Source: an uncultured Rothia sp. (GTDB lineage: Bacteria; Actinomycetota; Actinomycetes; Actinomycetales; Micrococcaceae). Taken from it: a stretch of DNA of 33,952 nucleotides. Shown one piece after another: positions 8,894 through 18,596 of the stretch. The notes beneath the pieces are model-generated. The model was not told where the DNA came from. It did not search any database and saw only the letters and a list, made by a program, of their open reading frames with translations. The first letter of the stretch is position 1, and every line of letters starts with the position of its first letter. A program made the position numbers and the translations under genes. Location of the stretch: positions 1 to 33,952 of the forward strand of contig NZ_CALJRY010000298.1 in assembly GCF_937976295.1 (NCBI RefSeq), in the 5' to 3' direction.

Positions 8894-9667
8894 CTACTCG
8901 TAGGTAGGCATCGCCGATTCGACGAGAGTTGCGTGCAGCTGCAGGCACAACTTGCGGATCTTATCGGCTCGTTCCTGCGCCTGAGCCTGGGAGGCTGCAT
9001 CGCGGCGCGATGCCAGCGGAGCCACCGCAATTTCCACAAGGGAAATTTCGCGGTCTGCCGCGGACTTGAATGCGCGCAGGTGACGGGGCTGAATGCCGTG
9101 CTGGGTCAGTTCTGCACTAACGCGGGCAATCAGCACGTCGTAATCGGTGTACTCCACATCCGAACCGTCTTCGAGCAGTCCAAAGTCAATCAGCTCGCGA
9201 ATCAGTTCGGGAGTGGTGTTAGCATATTCTGCCAGCTCACGGAGAGTGTAGGTGCGACCTTCCTGCTCGTTCGGGCCAAGGACGGTGTCTAGCACGTCTT
9301 CGCTTACGGTGGCAGGCATGGAGTTCAGTACGCGACCGGCTTCCATGTCTTCCAGGTGCTGACGGATTACCTTGAGCGGCATGTAGTGATCGCGCTGCAT
9401 GGTGAGGATGTAGCGCAGGCGCTCAATGTCCGTCTGGGAGTACTTGCGGTAGCCGGTTTCGGTACGGCTGGGGTGCACGAGACCGCGCTCCTCCAGGAAG
9501 CGAATCTTGGATGCGCTAATTCCGGGGAACTCCAGGTCGAGCTGACTAAGAACCTGACCAATGGTCCGACTCTTAACGTCACGCGGGTTACGGTCAGAGT
9601 TGCCGTTCTCCACGTCCTCTAGTTGAACCTCAGCGTTAGTGAGGTTTTCATCGATGCGTGAGGTCAT
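8894..9667 (-). CDS. MerR-family regulator, Rv1828/FtsR-like
   Basis: TIGQVLSQLDLEFPGISASKIRFLEERGLVHPSRTETGYRKYS...QRDHYMPLKVIR and GIQPRHLRAFKSAADRE. Confidence 0.9.
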   Translation of the reverse strand: MTSRIDENLTNAEVQLEDVENGNSDRNPRDVKSRTIGQVLSQLDLEFPGISASKIRFLEERGLVHPSRTETGYRKYSQTDIERLRYILTMQRDHYMPLKVIRQHLEDMEAGRVLNSMPATVSEDVLDTVLGPNEQEGRTYTLRELAEYANTTPELIRELIDFGLLEDGSDVEYTDYDVLIARVSAELTQHGIQPRHLRAFKSAADREISLVEIAVAPLASRRDAASQAQAQERADKIRKLCLQLHATLVESAMPTYE

Positions 9668-10174
9668 CTATGTCTTTCGGGTACTTGTTCAGCCGATGTC
9701 GATACGAGCCGAAATTTGAGTGAGTGGCTCGTTCCCCGGTCGGGGTCTCGCTTCGTGCCGAACATCTTTGCTTAGTGTTGAGAGTGTGATAGATAAGTTT
9801 AGTTGTTTATCACGAAATGATAAACCGCAAACCATCGAGACAATCTTATAGCCTCACAAGGCATTTTGCTATTCAGTTCACCCTTTTCAGGGGCGTTTGG
9901 AACCCAAAAATAGCCACACAACCAGACACTATTCAGTAGAGACAGTACCAATTTTAGCAAAATTCCAATACTTCTAATACACGTATCTCATATTGGACTG
10001 CTTTACGAGGAAAATTTTATCTTCTCGCGATAGTTGAAGTTTTCATCACATTTAACTTGAAAGAGGCTCCCACTAGGGGTTTAGTCATCTTTCAAGCCCT
10101 TCAGACAGCTTCAGAGACCCTCAAGATGAACCTTAAATACGTCCGTTTATTTGCGTTTGTGTGCACTTTAAATG

Positions 10175-10206
10175 AAAAACGGCGAGACCAATCGGTCTCG
10201 CCGTTT
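10175..10206 (-). terminator. Intrinsic terminator downstream of gcvH
   Basis: AAACGGCGAGACC-AATC-GGTCTCGCCGTTT with a U5 tract on the minus strand. Confidence 0.8.
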
Positions 10207-10260
10207 CACCACTACGTACCTCTTATCATCAGGGACGCCAGAGGTATAGAGTCTATCGAC

Positions 10261-10653
10261 TTAGAGCTTAGCCAGCTCAGCCTTGTATGCCTCTGCATCC
10301 AGCAGGTTAGCCAGGTCGTCAGCATTCTCAGGGCGAATCTCAACGATCCAGCCCTCGCCGTAGGGGTCAGAGTTAACCAGTGCGGGATCGTCTTCCAGAC
10401 CCTCGTTCACAGCGACAATCTCGCCCGCAACGGGAGCGAAAAGATCAGAGACAGACTTGGTGGACTCAATCTCACCGAAGCTATCCTCAGCAGCTACAGA
10501 GTCGCCAACGGAGGGAAGATCGACGTAGACGACGTCACCCAGTGCATCCTGAGCGTGGTCGGTAATACCAACACGGACGGTGCCCTCAGCGGTGAGAGCG
10601 GAAACCCACTCGTGCTCAGAAGTGTACGAGAGTTCTGCGGGAACGTTGCTCAT
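10261..10653 (-). CDS. gcvH: Glycine cleavage system H protein (lipoyl carrier)
   Basis: HEWV, GITDHAQDALGDVVYVDLP, lipoyl site EIESTKSVSD, and NSDPYGEGW. Confidence 0.96.
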   Translation of the reverse strand: MSNVPAELSYTSEHEWVSALTAEGTVRVGITDHAQDALGDVVYVDLPSVGDSVAAEDSFGEIESTKSVSDLFAPVAGEIVAVNEGLEDDPALVNSDPYGEGWIVEIRPENADDLANLLDAEAYKAELAKL

Positions 10654-10943
10654 AGCAGCGGTGTCCTTTCAGTGTGATTTTGCGTAGCGCGGACCGTCCC
10701 GCGCACGGTGCCGTTCCGCGTGTGGGATAGCGAAACGTCCTACACCAATTATCACATAAGAAGTAACGCGGGGCACGTCTAAACACCCCCGTACTCCTTC
10801 TATGACACTATTTTTCCTCTTCCTCTTCGTGCACCTAACCATCCGCACCCTATCGACCGCTAGATGCCCCTCTATTCATCACTTTCACGCACGGCTCTGT
10901 ACAGCCCTCCCACTCCCCCGATAAGAGCCCATCAGAAACGCAA

Positions 10944-10988
10944 AAGGCTCAGAGCCCCACACCATGAAGGTGCAGGACCCTGAGCCTT
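10944..10988 (-). terminator. Intrinsic terminator downstream of putA
   Basis: AAGGCTCAG...CTGAGCCTT outer stem with inner CACC/GGTG and a U-run on the minus strand. Confidence 0.65.
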
Positions 10989-11017
10989 AGACTAGAGAGC
11001 TAAACTCTCACAGCGTC

Positions 11018-14000
11018 TTAGCGGGAAGAAATGACGCGCTCGGAGAAGTGGTTCGGGTTACCGAAACGGTGTGCGGTAATCGAAACAGCCTGCTCGCGGA
11101 GGAAGGGCAGCATCTCGATACGGCCAGCCTCGGTGACCGGTGCGAAGTACACTGCAACATCCGGGCGACCACCCAGTGCCGAGTAGATGGACTTCACATC
11201 GTTACCGATGTAGCGGATACGGGTGCCTTCCAGCGGGGTGCCAGCCAGTGCGCGAACCGGGGTCTTAGCGTTCGAAGCCAGGTACTCGCGGAACTGAGCG
11301 TCCGACTTGACTTCGTACTTGATGCCCTTGTTCTCGAGGACGCCACGGACGTCGACCGGCAGGTCCTTACCGACGGACAGAGCGACCGGTGCGTTAGCTG
11401 CCAGACCGGCGAGCACAACGCGCAGGGTCTCTGCTGCGGATGCGGACTCGTCTGCACGAACCAGAACCTGGGTGGGTACGTAGCGCAGGATGTTGCGCTC
11501 CACGCCCAGCTTCGAAGGATCGTGACCGAAGCCGAACTCGGTGTCCCAAGCGTGTGCGTCAGAGGAGACACCGCGCTTGATGAATGCGAAGTCCTCGCGC
11601 TTGCCCAGCTCGGAGTTCTCGATGGTAGCCAGGGTCTCGCGGACGGTCACCGACTGGGTGGTTGCGGTCGCGGTTGCCTGTGCGGGCTCCCAATCGGACA
11701 GAGCGATCAGGTAGCTGGGGCCACCAGCCTTGGTACCGGAACCCACGGTGGACTTCTTCCAACCACCGAAGGGCTGACGCTGAACGATTGCACCGGTAAT
11801 TGCACGGTTGACGTACAGGTTACCTGCCTGGACCTTGGAGAGCCACAGCTCGAGCTCGTCAGCATCCAGCGAGTGCAGACCTGCGGTCAGGCCGTAATCG
11901 GGTGCGTTCTGCAGCTCGATTGCCTCTTCCAGGGTGTCAGCGGTCATGATGCCCAGAATGGGGCCGAAGTACTCGGTCATGTGGTACTCGGAACCGGGCT
12001 TGACGCCTTCACGAACACCGGGGCTCCACAGGCGACCGGTCTCGTCCAGTTCCTTGGGCTGAATGAGCCAGCGCTCGCCCGGGCCGAGGGTGGTCAGACC
12101 GCGCAGCAGCTTCTCTTCCGGCTTCTGAACAACGGGGCCCATCTCGGACTCGATGTCCTGCGGGTGTGCCACGTGCAGGGAGCTGACGGAGTCAATCAGC
12201 TGACGGCGGAAACGCTCGGAGTGTGCCACGGAGCCAACCAGGATAACGGTCGAACCAGCGGAGCACTTCTGACCTGCGTGGCCGAATGCCGAGTAGACGA
12301 CGTCCTTGACGGCGAGGTCGATGTCAGCGTTCGGGGTGACGATGATCGAGTTCTTACCCGAGGTCTCACCGAACAGGGGCAGGTCATCACGCCAGGAGCG
12401 GAAGAGCTCAGCAGTCTCGTAACCACCGGTCAGGATCAGGCGGTCAACCTCGGGGTGCGAGATGAGCAGCTTGCCTGCAGCGCGGTCAACAACCTTGACG
12501 AGCTTCAGAACTTCCTTGGGAACGCCTGCTTCCCACATGATCTCTGCGATCAGGGCACCGGTGCGAGCGGTGATGGTTGCGGGCTTGAAGATGACAGCAG
12601 AACCTGCAGCCAGACCAGCCAGAACACCACCGGCGGGGATAGCGGTCGGGAAGTTCCACGGGGGAACAACCAGGGTCAGGTCAACAGACTTGGGCTTTGC
12701 ACCGTCGATCTTCTCGAGGTCCTCAGCCAGCATTGCGTAGTAGTATGCGAAGTCGATTGCCTCGGAGACCTCGGTGTCGCCCTGCTCCAGGGTCTTGCCA
12801 GCCTCAGCTGCCATAACCTCCAGCAGGTCACCGCGGCGCAGTGCGATAGCCTTACCGACCTTGCGCAGAATCTCTGCACGCTCGTGGCCGGAGAGCTTGC
12901 CCCATGCCTTGCCAGCTTCCTCGGTTTCCTTGATCAGCTTCTCAGCCTCAGCCTCGCTGGTCAGCTCGTTAGCCTTGAGGGTATCGATGCCCAGCTTGGT
13001 GGTCTTGGAGCGCTCGAGGATTGCGCGGCCCCACTCACGGTTACCTGCCAGTGCGGGGTCGGTATCGGGGGTGTTCTCGAAGCGGCCAGCCGGTACGAAG
13101 ACGTTGTCCTCGTTCTCGGTCAGGCGGTTCTGGGTACGCTTGGGTGCGGGAACCTCGTCGGTGACGGAGTTCAGTGCACGCATGAAGCGGTCCTCTTCGC
13201 GCTTGAAGATGGACTCGTCGGTTGCCAGTTCGAAGATACCGGACATGAAGTTCTCGGAGGAAGCGTTCTCCTCGAGACGACGAATCAGGTATGCGATTGC
13301 AACGTCGAATTCCTTGGGGTTCACGACGGGCACGTACAGCAGCAGGTGGCCAACGCGGCGGCGGATGATCTCTGCCTGCTGCTCAGCCATACCGATCAGC
13401 ATCTCGAACTCGACGCCATCCTGCGCGCCGCGGTCCTCGGCCAGCAACAGAGCGAAAGCAACGTCGAAGAGGTTGTGACCTGCAATACCGAGGCGAACGT
13501 TCTTGGTGTGCTCGGGGCGCAGTGCGTAGTCCAGAACGCGCTTGTAGTTGGTGTCAGAAGCCTGCTTGGTGTCCCAGGTGGTCAGCGGCCAGCCGTGCAT
13601 AACAGCTTCCACGATTTCCATGGAGAGGTTTGCACCCTTAACCAGGCGGACCTTGATGCCTGCGCCGCCAGCAGCAACGCGCTTTGCGGACCACTCCTGC
13701 AGGTGCTGCATTGCAGCCAGGGTGTCGGGCAGGTATGCCTGGAGCACGATACCGGCTTCCAGGTCCTTCAGGTGGGGCTGGTCCAGAATCTTGGTGAACA
13801 CCTCAATGGTGAGGTCCAGATCCTTGTACTCCTCCATGTCCAGGTTGATGAACTTCTTGGGGGAGGTGGATGCAGCCAGCTCGTACAGCGGGGTCAGGCG
13901 GCGAACAGCGGTCTCAACAACCTCGTCGAATGCCCAGTGCTGGTGGGGGCCGGAAACAGCGGACACCTTAATGGAGACGTAGTCAACGTCGTCACGTGCC

Positions 14001-14509
14001 AGCAGGCGCCTGGTCTCAGCCAGGCGGTGCTCTGCTTCCTTATCACCCAGAACTGCCTCACCGAGCAGGTTGACGTTCAGGCGGTTACCGGTCTTGGTCA
14101 GCTCTGCAATTGCGTCGCCCAGCTTCTCCTCGGAAGCGTCGACAATCAGGTGACCAACCATCTCGCGCAGCACGCGGCGTGCAACGGGAACGGTGGGCCA
14201 TGCGACCTTGCCAGCCAGCTTGCCACCGAAGCCAACAGCGGACTTCATGTACCAGGGCAGGAAGGAAGGTGCCAGGCCGGAAATGCGGGAAAGGTTGCGG
14301 CCGGAGACGTTGTCGTCCTCGGGGCGAATAACGCCATCAACAAAGCCGACGGTGAAGGGAAGGCCATTGGGGTCCTTCAGAACACCGGCGAGCTGCTCAG
14401 CCGCGAAGGTGGGCTTGATCGACTGGGACTCGTTTACCCACTGGCGAACAAGCTGACGAGCTTCCAGAGCCATCTTCTGGTAGTGCTCAGATGCGAAAGG
14501 ATGGGTCAT
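11018..14509 (-). CDS. putA: Bifunctional proline dehydrogenase / P5C dehydrogenase
   Basis: PRODH motifs NLDMEE, GIVLQAYL, RLVKGAN and YLIRRLEEN; ALDH motifs PPWNFP, ETSGKN, GQKCSA and EYFGP. Confidence 0.95.
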   Translation of the reverse strand: MTHPFASEHYQKMALEARQLVRQWVNESQSIKPTFAAEQLAGVLKDPNGLPFTVGFVDGVIRPEDDNVSGRNLSRISGLAPSFLPWYMKSAVGFGGKLAGKVAWPTVPVARRVLREMVGHLIVDASEEKLGDAIAELTKTGNRLNVNLLGEAVLGDKEAEHRLAETRRLLARDDVDYVSIKVSAVSGPHQHWAFDEVVETAVRRLTPLYELAASTSPKKFINLDMEEYKDLDLTIEVFTKILDQPHLKDLEAGIVLQAYLPDTLAAMQHLQEWSAKRVAAGGAGIKVRLVKGANLSMEIVEAVMHGWPLTTWDTKQASDTNYKRVLDYALRPEHTKNVRLGIAGHNLFDVAFALLLAEDRGAQDGVEFEMLIGMAEQQAEIIRRRVGHLLLYVPVVNPKEFDVAIAYLIRRLEENASSENFMSGIFELATDESIFKREEDRFMRALNSVTDEVPAPKRTQNRLTENEDNVFVPAGRFENTPDTDPALAGNREWGRAILERSKTTKLGIDTLKANELTSEAEAEKLIKETEEAGKAWGKLSGHERAEILRKVGKAIALRRGDLLEVMAAEAGKTLEQGDTEVSEAIDFAYYYAMLAEDLEKIDGAKPKSVDLTLVVPPWNFPTAIPAGGVLAGLAAGSAVIFKPATITARTGALIAEIMWEAGVPKEVLKLVKVVDRAAGKLLISHPEVDRLILTGGYETAELFRSWRDDLPLFGETSGKNSIIVTPNADIDLAVKDVVYSAFGHAGQKCSAGSTVILVGSVAHSERFRRQLIDSVSSLHVAHPQDIESEMGPVVQKPEEKLLRGLTTLGPGERWLIQPKELDETGRLWSPGVREGVKPGSEYHMTEYFGPILGIMTADTLEEAIELQNAPDYGLTAGLHSLDADELELWLSKVQAGNLYVNRAITGAIVQRQPFGGWKKSTVGSGTKAGGPSYLIALSDWEPAQATATATTQSVTVRETLATIENSELGKREDFAFIKRGVSSDAHAWDTEFGFGHDPSKLGVERNILRYVPTQVLVRADESASAAETLRVVLAGLAANAPVALSVGKDLPVDVRGVLENKGIKYEVKSDAQFREYLASNAKTPVRALAGTPLEGTRIRYIGNDVKSIYSALGGRPDVAVYFAPVTEAGRIEMLPFLREQAVSITAHRFGNPNHFSERVISSR

Positions 14510-14595
14510 CCTTGACTCCTAACTATCTCACTGTGTGCGGTGCACACCACGTTTGGCGATGTCTCTATTTCACCACAAAAGGGTAATAAATACCT

Positions 14596-14646
14596 CATTA
14601 GAAAAACTGAATGTTTTTTCCAAAATCCATTTAGTTTTTCTTAATG
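14596..14646. promoter_or_regulatory. Pair of inverted AT-rich CATT-N10/11-AATG boxes, probable LysR-type operator for putA
   Basis: CATTAGAAAAACTGAATG (14596-14613) and CATTTAGTTTTTCTTAATG (14628-14646) are near reverse complements, ~90-140 bp upstream of putA and facing a divergent LysR gene. Confidence 0.55.
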
Positions 14647-15020
14647 ATTGTGTGGTGCGGTTTCCGCCCGGCAACCCTCCGAACACCGAGCTCAAAGAGA
14701 AGAAACGAAGACCATTGCAACATCGCGATTCATCCCTCTCAGGCTAGCACCTTCAGAGCGCAAATATCGAACCATTTCGTAATAAACGAACACCTCAAAA
14801 CCATTCCCAGAAGCATCTTCACCCCCAAGAACCATCGTATCAGCACGAAAATACTCGCTACACAAGCCAACATCCCACTACCCCACTTCAAGCGTCTCAA
14901 AAAGAGCCGCCCGGAAGCCCGCGCGGTACCATAGACAAGAGTCCACAATGAGAGACGCGCCACGGAAGAGTTCGGGAGCACAACCCACCCGAACAACCGG
15001 GCGCACCAGGGAGGAAAAAC

Positions 15021-15947
15021 GTGTCAATCTACGACATCCGACGCATGCAAATGCTCCTCGAAATCCAAGAACGCGGCACCGTCATCGCCGCAGCCGAAGC
15101 ACTCAGCCTCACCCCCTCCGCCGTCTCCCAGCAAATCGCCACCCTCGAAAAAGAAACCGGCACCCCGCTGCTACAGCGCATCGGCAGGCGCGTACAGCTC
15201 ACCAGCGCCGGACTCATCATCGTCGACAGTGCCCGCAGCATCCTGCGCGAACTCGACCGCATGCAAACCTCCGTCGCCAACCTCACCGGCGAACCGGCAG
15301 GCATGGTGCGCCTCGCCATCTTCCAGTCCGCAGCCTTCGCACTGCTACCGGAAACCCTCAGCTACCTTGCCGAACACGCCCCCTCGCTCACCCTGCAGGT
15401 ATTGCAAATCGACCCCGAAACCGGCACCTCCCTGACCCGAAGCCGCGAATACGACATGGTGCTCTCCGAAGCCTACCCGCACCACCACATCCCCGAATAC
15501 CCCGAACTGCACTCCGAGCTACTCACCGAAGACCCCCTCAGCCTCATCGTGCCCAGCACCTCCACCATCACCTCGATCGAGGAGGCGCACGCGCTGCCCT
15601 GGGTCCTCGAAATGGAGCAGAACACCTCCCGCAGCTGGGCGCTCAACCAGTGCCGCACCGCAGGATTCGAGCCGGTCATCCGCTACAGCGCCAACGACAT
15701 GATCACGAACTCCAACCTCGTCAAGGCAGGATTCGCCGTCACCATCGTGCCCGGCTTCATCCTCTCCTCCCTCTCCACCACCGAGGGACTACGCATCGTG
15801 GAGCTACCCGGCAAACCCTCACGCAAAATCTTTACCGCCGTACGCCGAGAGTCCGCAGCCAACCCCGCCATCGCCATGGTGCGCGAAGCACTGCACCACG
15901 CGGTGCAGGTGGTTTTCGGCGAACGCGACAGCGCCGAAACCGCATAG
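15021..15947 (+). CDS. LysR-family transcriptional regulator (probable putA regulator)
   Basis: HTH AAAEALSLTPSAVSQQIATLEKETGTPLLQR...LTSAG; GTG start after GGAGG; divergent from putA. Confidence 0.93.
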   Translation: MSIYDIRRMQMLLEIQERGTVIAAAEALSLTPSAVSQQIATLEKETGTPLLQRIGRRVQLTSAGLIIVDSARSILRELDRMQTSVANLTGEPAGMVRLAIFQSAAFALLPETLSYLAEHAPSLTLQVLQIDPETGTSLTRSREYDMVLSEAYPHHHIPEYPELHSELLTEDPLSLIVPSTSTITSIEEAHALPWVLEMEQNTSRSWALNQCRTAGFEPVIRYSANDMITNSNLVKAGFAVTIVPGFILSSLSTTEGLRIVELPGKPSRKIFTAVRRESAANPAIAMVREALHHAVQVVFGERDSAETA

Positions 15948-16001
15948 GAAATCTCAGCCGCCACCTATGCCGGCACACTAGACCGGCACACTAGACGATG
16001 C

Positions 16002-16038
16002 AAAGGCGGGGCCGTTCCCACGAACGACCCCGACCTTT
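16002..16038. terminator. Hairpin between convergent genes
   Basis: Imperfect stem AAAGGCGGGGCCGTTC / GAACGACCCCGACCTTT. Confidence 0.55.
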
Positions 16039-16142
16039 CACCGCACCTTTTTGAACAGGCGCCTATATATAGAGGTATAAAAGCACAGGCAGTGGAGCCG
16101 TTCCCCCACAGTGCCTATCCTTCGCAAGGGCTAGGACAAGTG

Positions 16143-16925
16143 CTAGTTCAGCGAAGCAACCACAGCCGGGCTCTGCACCTCGTAGAACGAAGACGACAAA
16201 CCAGCCGCCGCCATATCCAGCACAGCGCTCACATGAACCTGCTTCAACGCAGAACCGGCAACACCCGAAGCCACCTGATAATTCAGCTGAACATCCAGAC
16301 GGTGACCGTGAGGAATAGCGGTACGCAACTCCAGAATATTCTCACTACCGTCACCAACCTGACCGGTCTGCTCGCTACGGTGCACCGCATCAAGATTCAG
16401 AGCATCCACAGGAGCCACCAACGCCGAAGCACCCAGGCTACCCGAAGGCAACACCGCCTGACCCGAGGTCACGCGAAGAGTCACCGCAGGGTTCAGCAGC
16501 AAGCCAGTCTTCGGATCCTGCGCGCGAGCACGCAGCATCAGGCGAGTACCCACCGGCAGCGTCGAATTACCCTCGTTAATAATGCTCAGGCGAGTCGGCA
16601 GATTCCGGAAAGCAACAGTACGCGCCGGCTGGCTCTGCATAGACACAGCCTGCACACCGTTAGCAGCCTTCAACTCCAGGCGGATGCACGACTCGTTATA
16701 GCGCATCGGCACCTGCACCAACGCAGAGCTCGCCGCGCCACTATGCTGTCCACCGCCGCGCTGTCCGCCAGGACGCTGGGTCACCGGGGTCACGCGAGCG
16801 CGCTTACCGCCCGAACGAGTTACCGCCTCCGCAGCGCTCACACCGCCAGCCACCAGGGCCGCCGAAGCGCCCGCAACCTTCAACGCGGTACGGCGAGAAG
16901 CGTTCATCAGATTATTCTTAGTCAT
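16143..16925 (-). CDS. Tat-exported hypothetical protein
   Basis: SRRTALK twin-arginine motif followed by a hydrophobic stretch; GGGAG RBS; 11 bp after the upstream gene. Confidence 0.7.
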   Translation of the reverse strand: MTKNNLMNASRRTALKVAGASAALVAGGVSAAEAVTRSGGKRARVTPVTQRPGGQRGGGQHSGAASSALVQVPMRYNESCIRLELKAANGVQAVSMQSQPARTVAFRNLPTRLSIINEGNSTLPVGTRLMLRARAQDPKTGLLLNPAVTLRVTSGQAVLPSGSLGASALVAPVDALNLDAVHRSEQTGQVGDGSENILELRTAIPHGHRLDVQLNYQVASGVAGSALKQVHVSAVLDMAAAGLSSSFYEVQSPAVVASLN

Positions 16926-16936
16926 TTTCTACTCCC

Positions 16937-18313
16937 CTAAGCCTTCGCGATACGGTACACGCCGCTAATCGTGCCCTGCCACCAGGTGCCGTAACGGTCA
17001 ATCGTGCCCACCATCTGCAGGGTGTCACCACCGCCGAGCAGCAGGCTCACGTGCTGAGGCAGGCGCTGCTCGTGCATCGTCTTACCGGTTTCCATGTCCA
17101 GCGCGACAGCCCACGCGTAGGCGCCATTCGCCAAACCAGCCGGGCCGCGGCGACGCTCACAGGTGTAAATCAGGCCGTCAGCGGCGGAATAGCGAGGAAC
17201 AGCCGAAGAGTACACATCCTTACGATCCCAGATTTTACGCAGACCGCGGTCGGTAATATCCCAACGCTCCATACCGGGGGCAAAAAGCGCGTTCGCAGGA
17301 ACCGACGGGCCGGCACCCTCCGGGTACTTCGGGTAGGGGTAGCCGTAGGTGCTTGCACCGACCATCGTGTTACCCACACCGATCATGGAGTTCTCGGTGC
17401 CAGAGGTACCGGCAGTAAACAGGCCTGCGCTACCGACCTTCACACCGTTATCGGTGCGGTACACAATGACCGACTCCTGAATATCAGAGTTATCGGTCAG
17501 CATCACATAATCCGAACCGTTCGGACCAAAGAACGTCGGGGAGGCGCCGGATCCCCACGCGAGCTTACCGGGCTTGCGGGCGCTACCCCGATCGTACGCA
17601 TGCCACCATTTGAGAGTCGGCGCACCGGTTGCGGTAGCGTTCAGCATATAAATTGCGTGCGAGGTCACCACGCTCACGCCCTGCGGGCACGCCGAAATCG
17701 AGTTATCGATACGTTCACCGGCAATCGACGCCTTATTCAGGCGCATCGAACGGATCGTGCCGCGGGCAGAATCAATCACCGCGATGTAGCCGTTCTTCGT
17801 CGCAACCCAAATGCGACCGGACCAGTCGGGCACCAGACCAACCACAGCGTCATTGGCGCTCTGGGCGAGCATGCGGCTCAGGTCAATACGCTCATCAACT
17901 CGGATGCTGCGTCCGTCAGCAGAGTGGGAGAGGCGCAGCAGGCACTGAGAGCCGTCCACCAGAACCATGCGGTCCTGCGCATCAAGGTAGGCGTACACAC
18001 CGCCGAGCAGTGCGCCCTTCGGGATGTCCAGATGCGAAAGTTCACGACCGGTATGCGGATCAAGGATGGAGAGCTTCGGGGTGATGAACTCACCGTGGGC
18101 GAAGACCTGGGTGCAGAGCACCTGAATGAAGCCGTCGCGTCCAGCAAGGATCGTCGGGCAGGCGCCGCCGAGCTTCGTGCCGGTAATCGTCCAATTGCCT
18201 GCGCCGGGGCCGGCAAGAGGAGTAGCGTCAGAAGACTGGGCATCACCGTGCATGGTGGTAATGCCGGGTGCGCCCAGGTGCGGATTCGCCTGGGCGTTAT
18301 AGGTGGGGGTCAT
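16937..18313 (-). CDS. Hypothetical protein, probable beta-propeller (PQQ-binding-like superfamily)
   Basis: Repeated short beta strands (PDWSGRIWVAT, GSGASPTFFG, AVALDMETGK); AGAAAG RBS; no obvious signal peptide. The fold is an inference. Confidence 0.65.
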   Translation of the reverse strand: MTPTYNAQANPHLGAPGITTMHGDAQSSDATPLAGPGAGNWTITGTKLGGACPTILAGRDGFIQVLCTQVFAHGEFITPKLSILDPHTGRELSHLDIPKGALLGGVYAYLDAQDRMVLVDGSQCLLRLSHSADGRSIRVDERIDLSRMLAQSANDAVVGLVPDWSGRIWVATKNGYIAVIDSARGTIRSMRLNKASIAGERIDNSISACPQGVSVVTSHAIYMLNATATGAPTLKWWHAYDRGSARKPGKLAWGSGASPTFFGPNGSDYVMLTDNSDIQESVIVYRTDNGVKVGSAGLFTAGTSGTENSMIGVGNTMVGASTYGYPYPKYPEGAGPSVPANALFAPGMERWDITDRGLRKIWDRKDVYSSAVPRYSAADGLIYTCERRRGPAGLANGAYAWAVALDMETGKTMHEQRLPQHVSLLLGGGDTLQMVGTIDRYGTWWQGTISGVYRIAKA

Positions 18314-18596
18314 GGTTGGTTCTTTCTAACGGTGAGTGGCGCACGCCTTCAATGGAGTGCAGCAATATGCGCTTTCACGTGCGCAAACGTTTCACATTGT
18401 AGGGTCAGAAAGCAGTTTTTGACGACACTCAAGGGCACCTTGAAACATTGTTCAGGCGGCACTTGAGAGCTTCAGCGGGCAAGCTCTCAGCGCGACCCTT
18501 TCAGAATCAAAGTGCCCTTATTAACCCATAACCACGGACCTTCATGCCCCGCGAACCTCACATCCGCGGACCTCATGCCCGCGGCGATAATTTCAG

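Noticed and set aside
10057..10677. 206-aa plus-strand ORF as the missing FHA gene
   Set aside because: It is antisense to gcvH, spans its terminator and has no FHA motifs.
10654..11017. Glycine riboswitch upstream of gcvH
   Set aside because: No recognisable tandem aptamer motifs (GGAGA...CCGAAG...CTCAGG) on the minus strand.
11048..14515. 1155-aa ORF antisense to putA, and similar long antisense ORFs (2300-4393, 4946-6322, 17051-18466, 19610-21160, 26352-28088)
   Set aside because: These are mirror-frame shadows of high-GC genes with biased codon usage; no motifs were recognised, and the opposite strand carries the recognisable or better-supported protein.
14739..14996. Hydrophobic 85-aa ORF in the putA-lysR spacer
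   Set aside because: Its composition is explained by strong G/T skew on the minus strand; no convincing RBS or motif.
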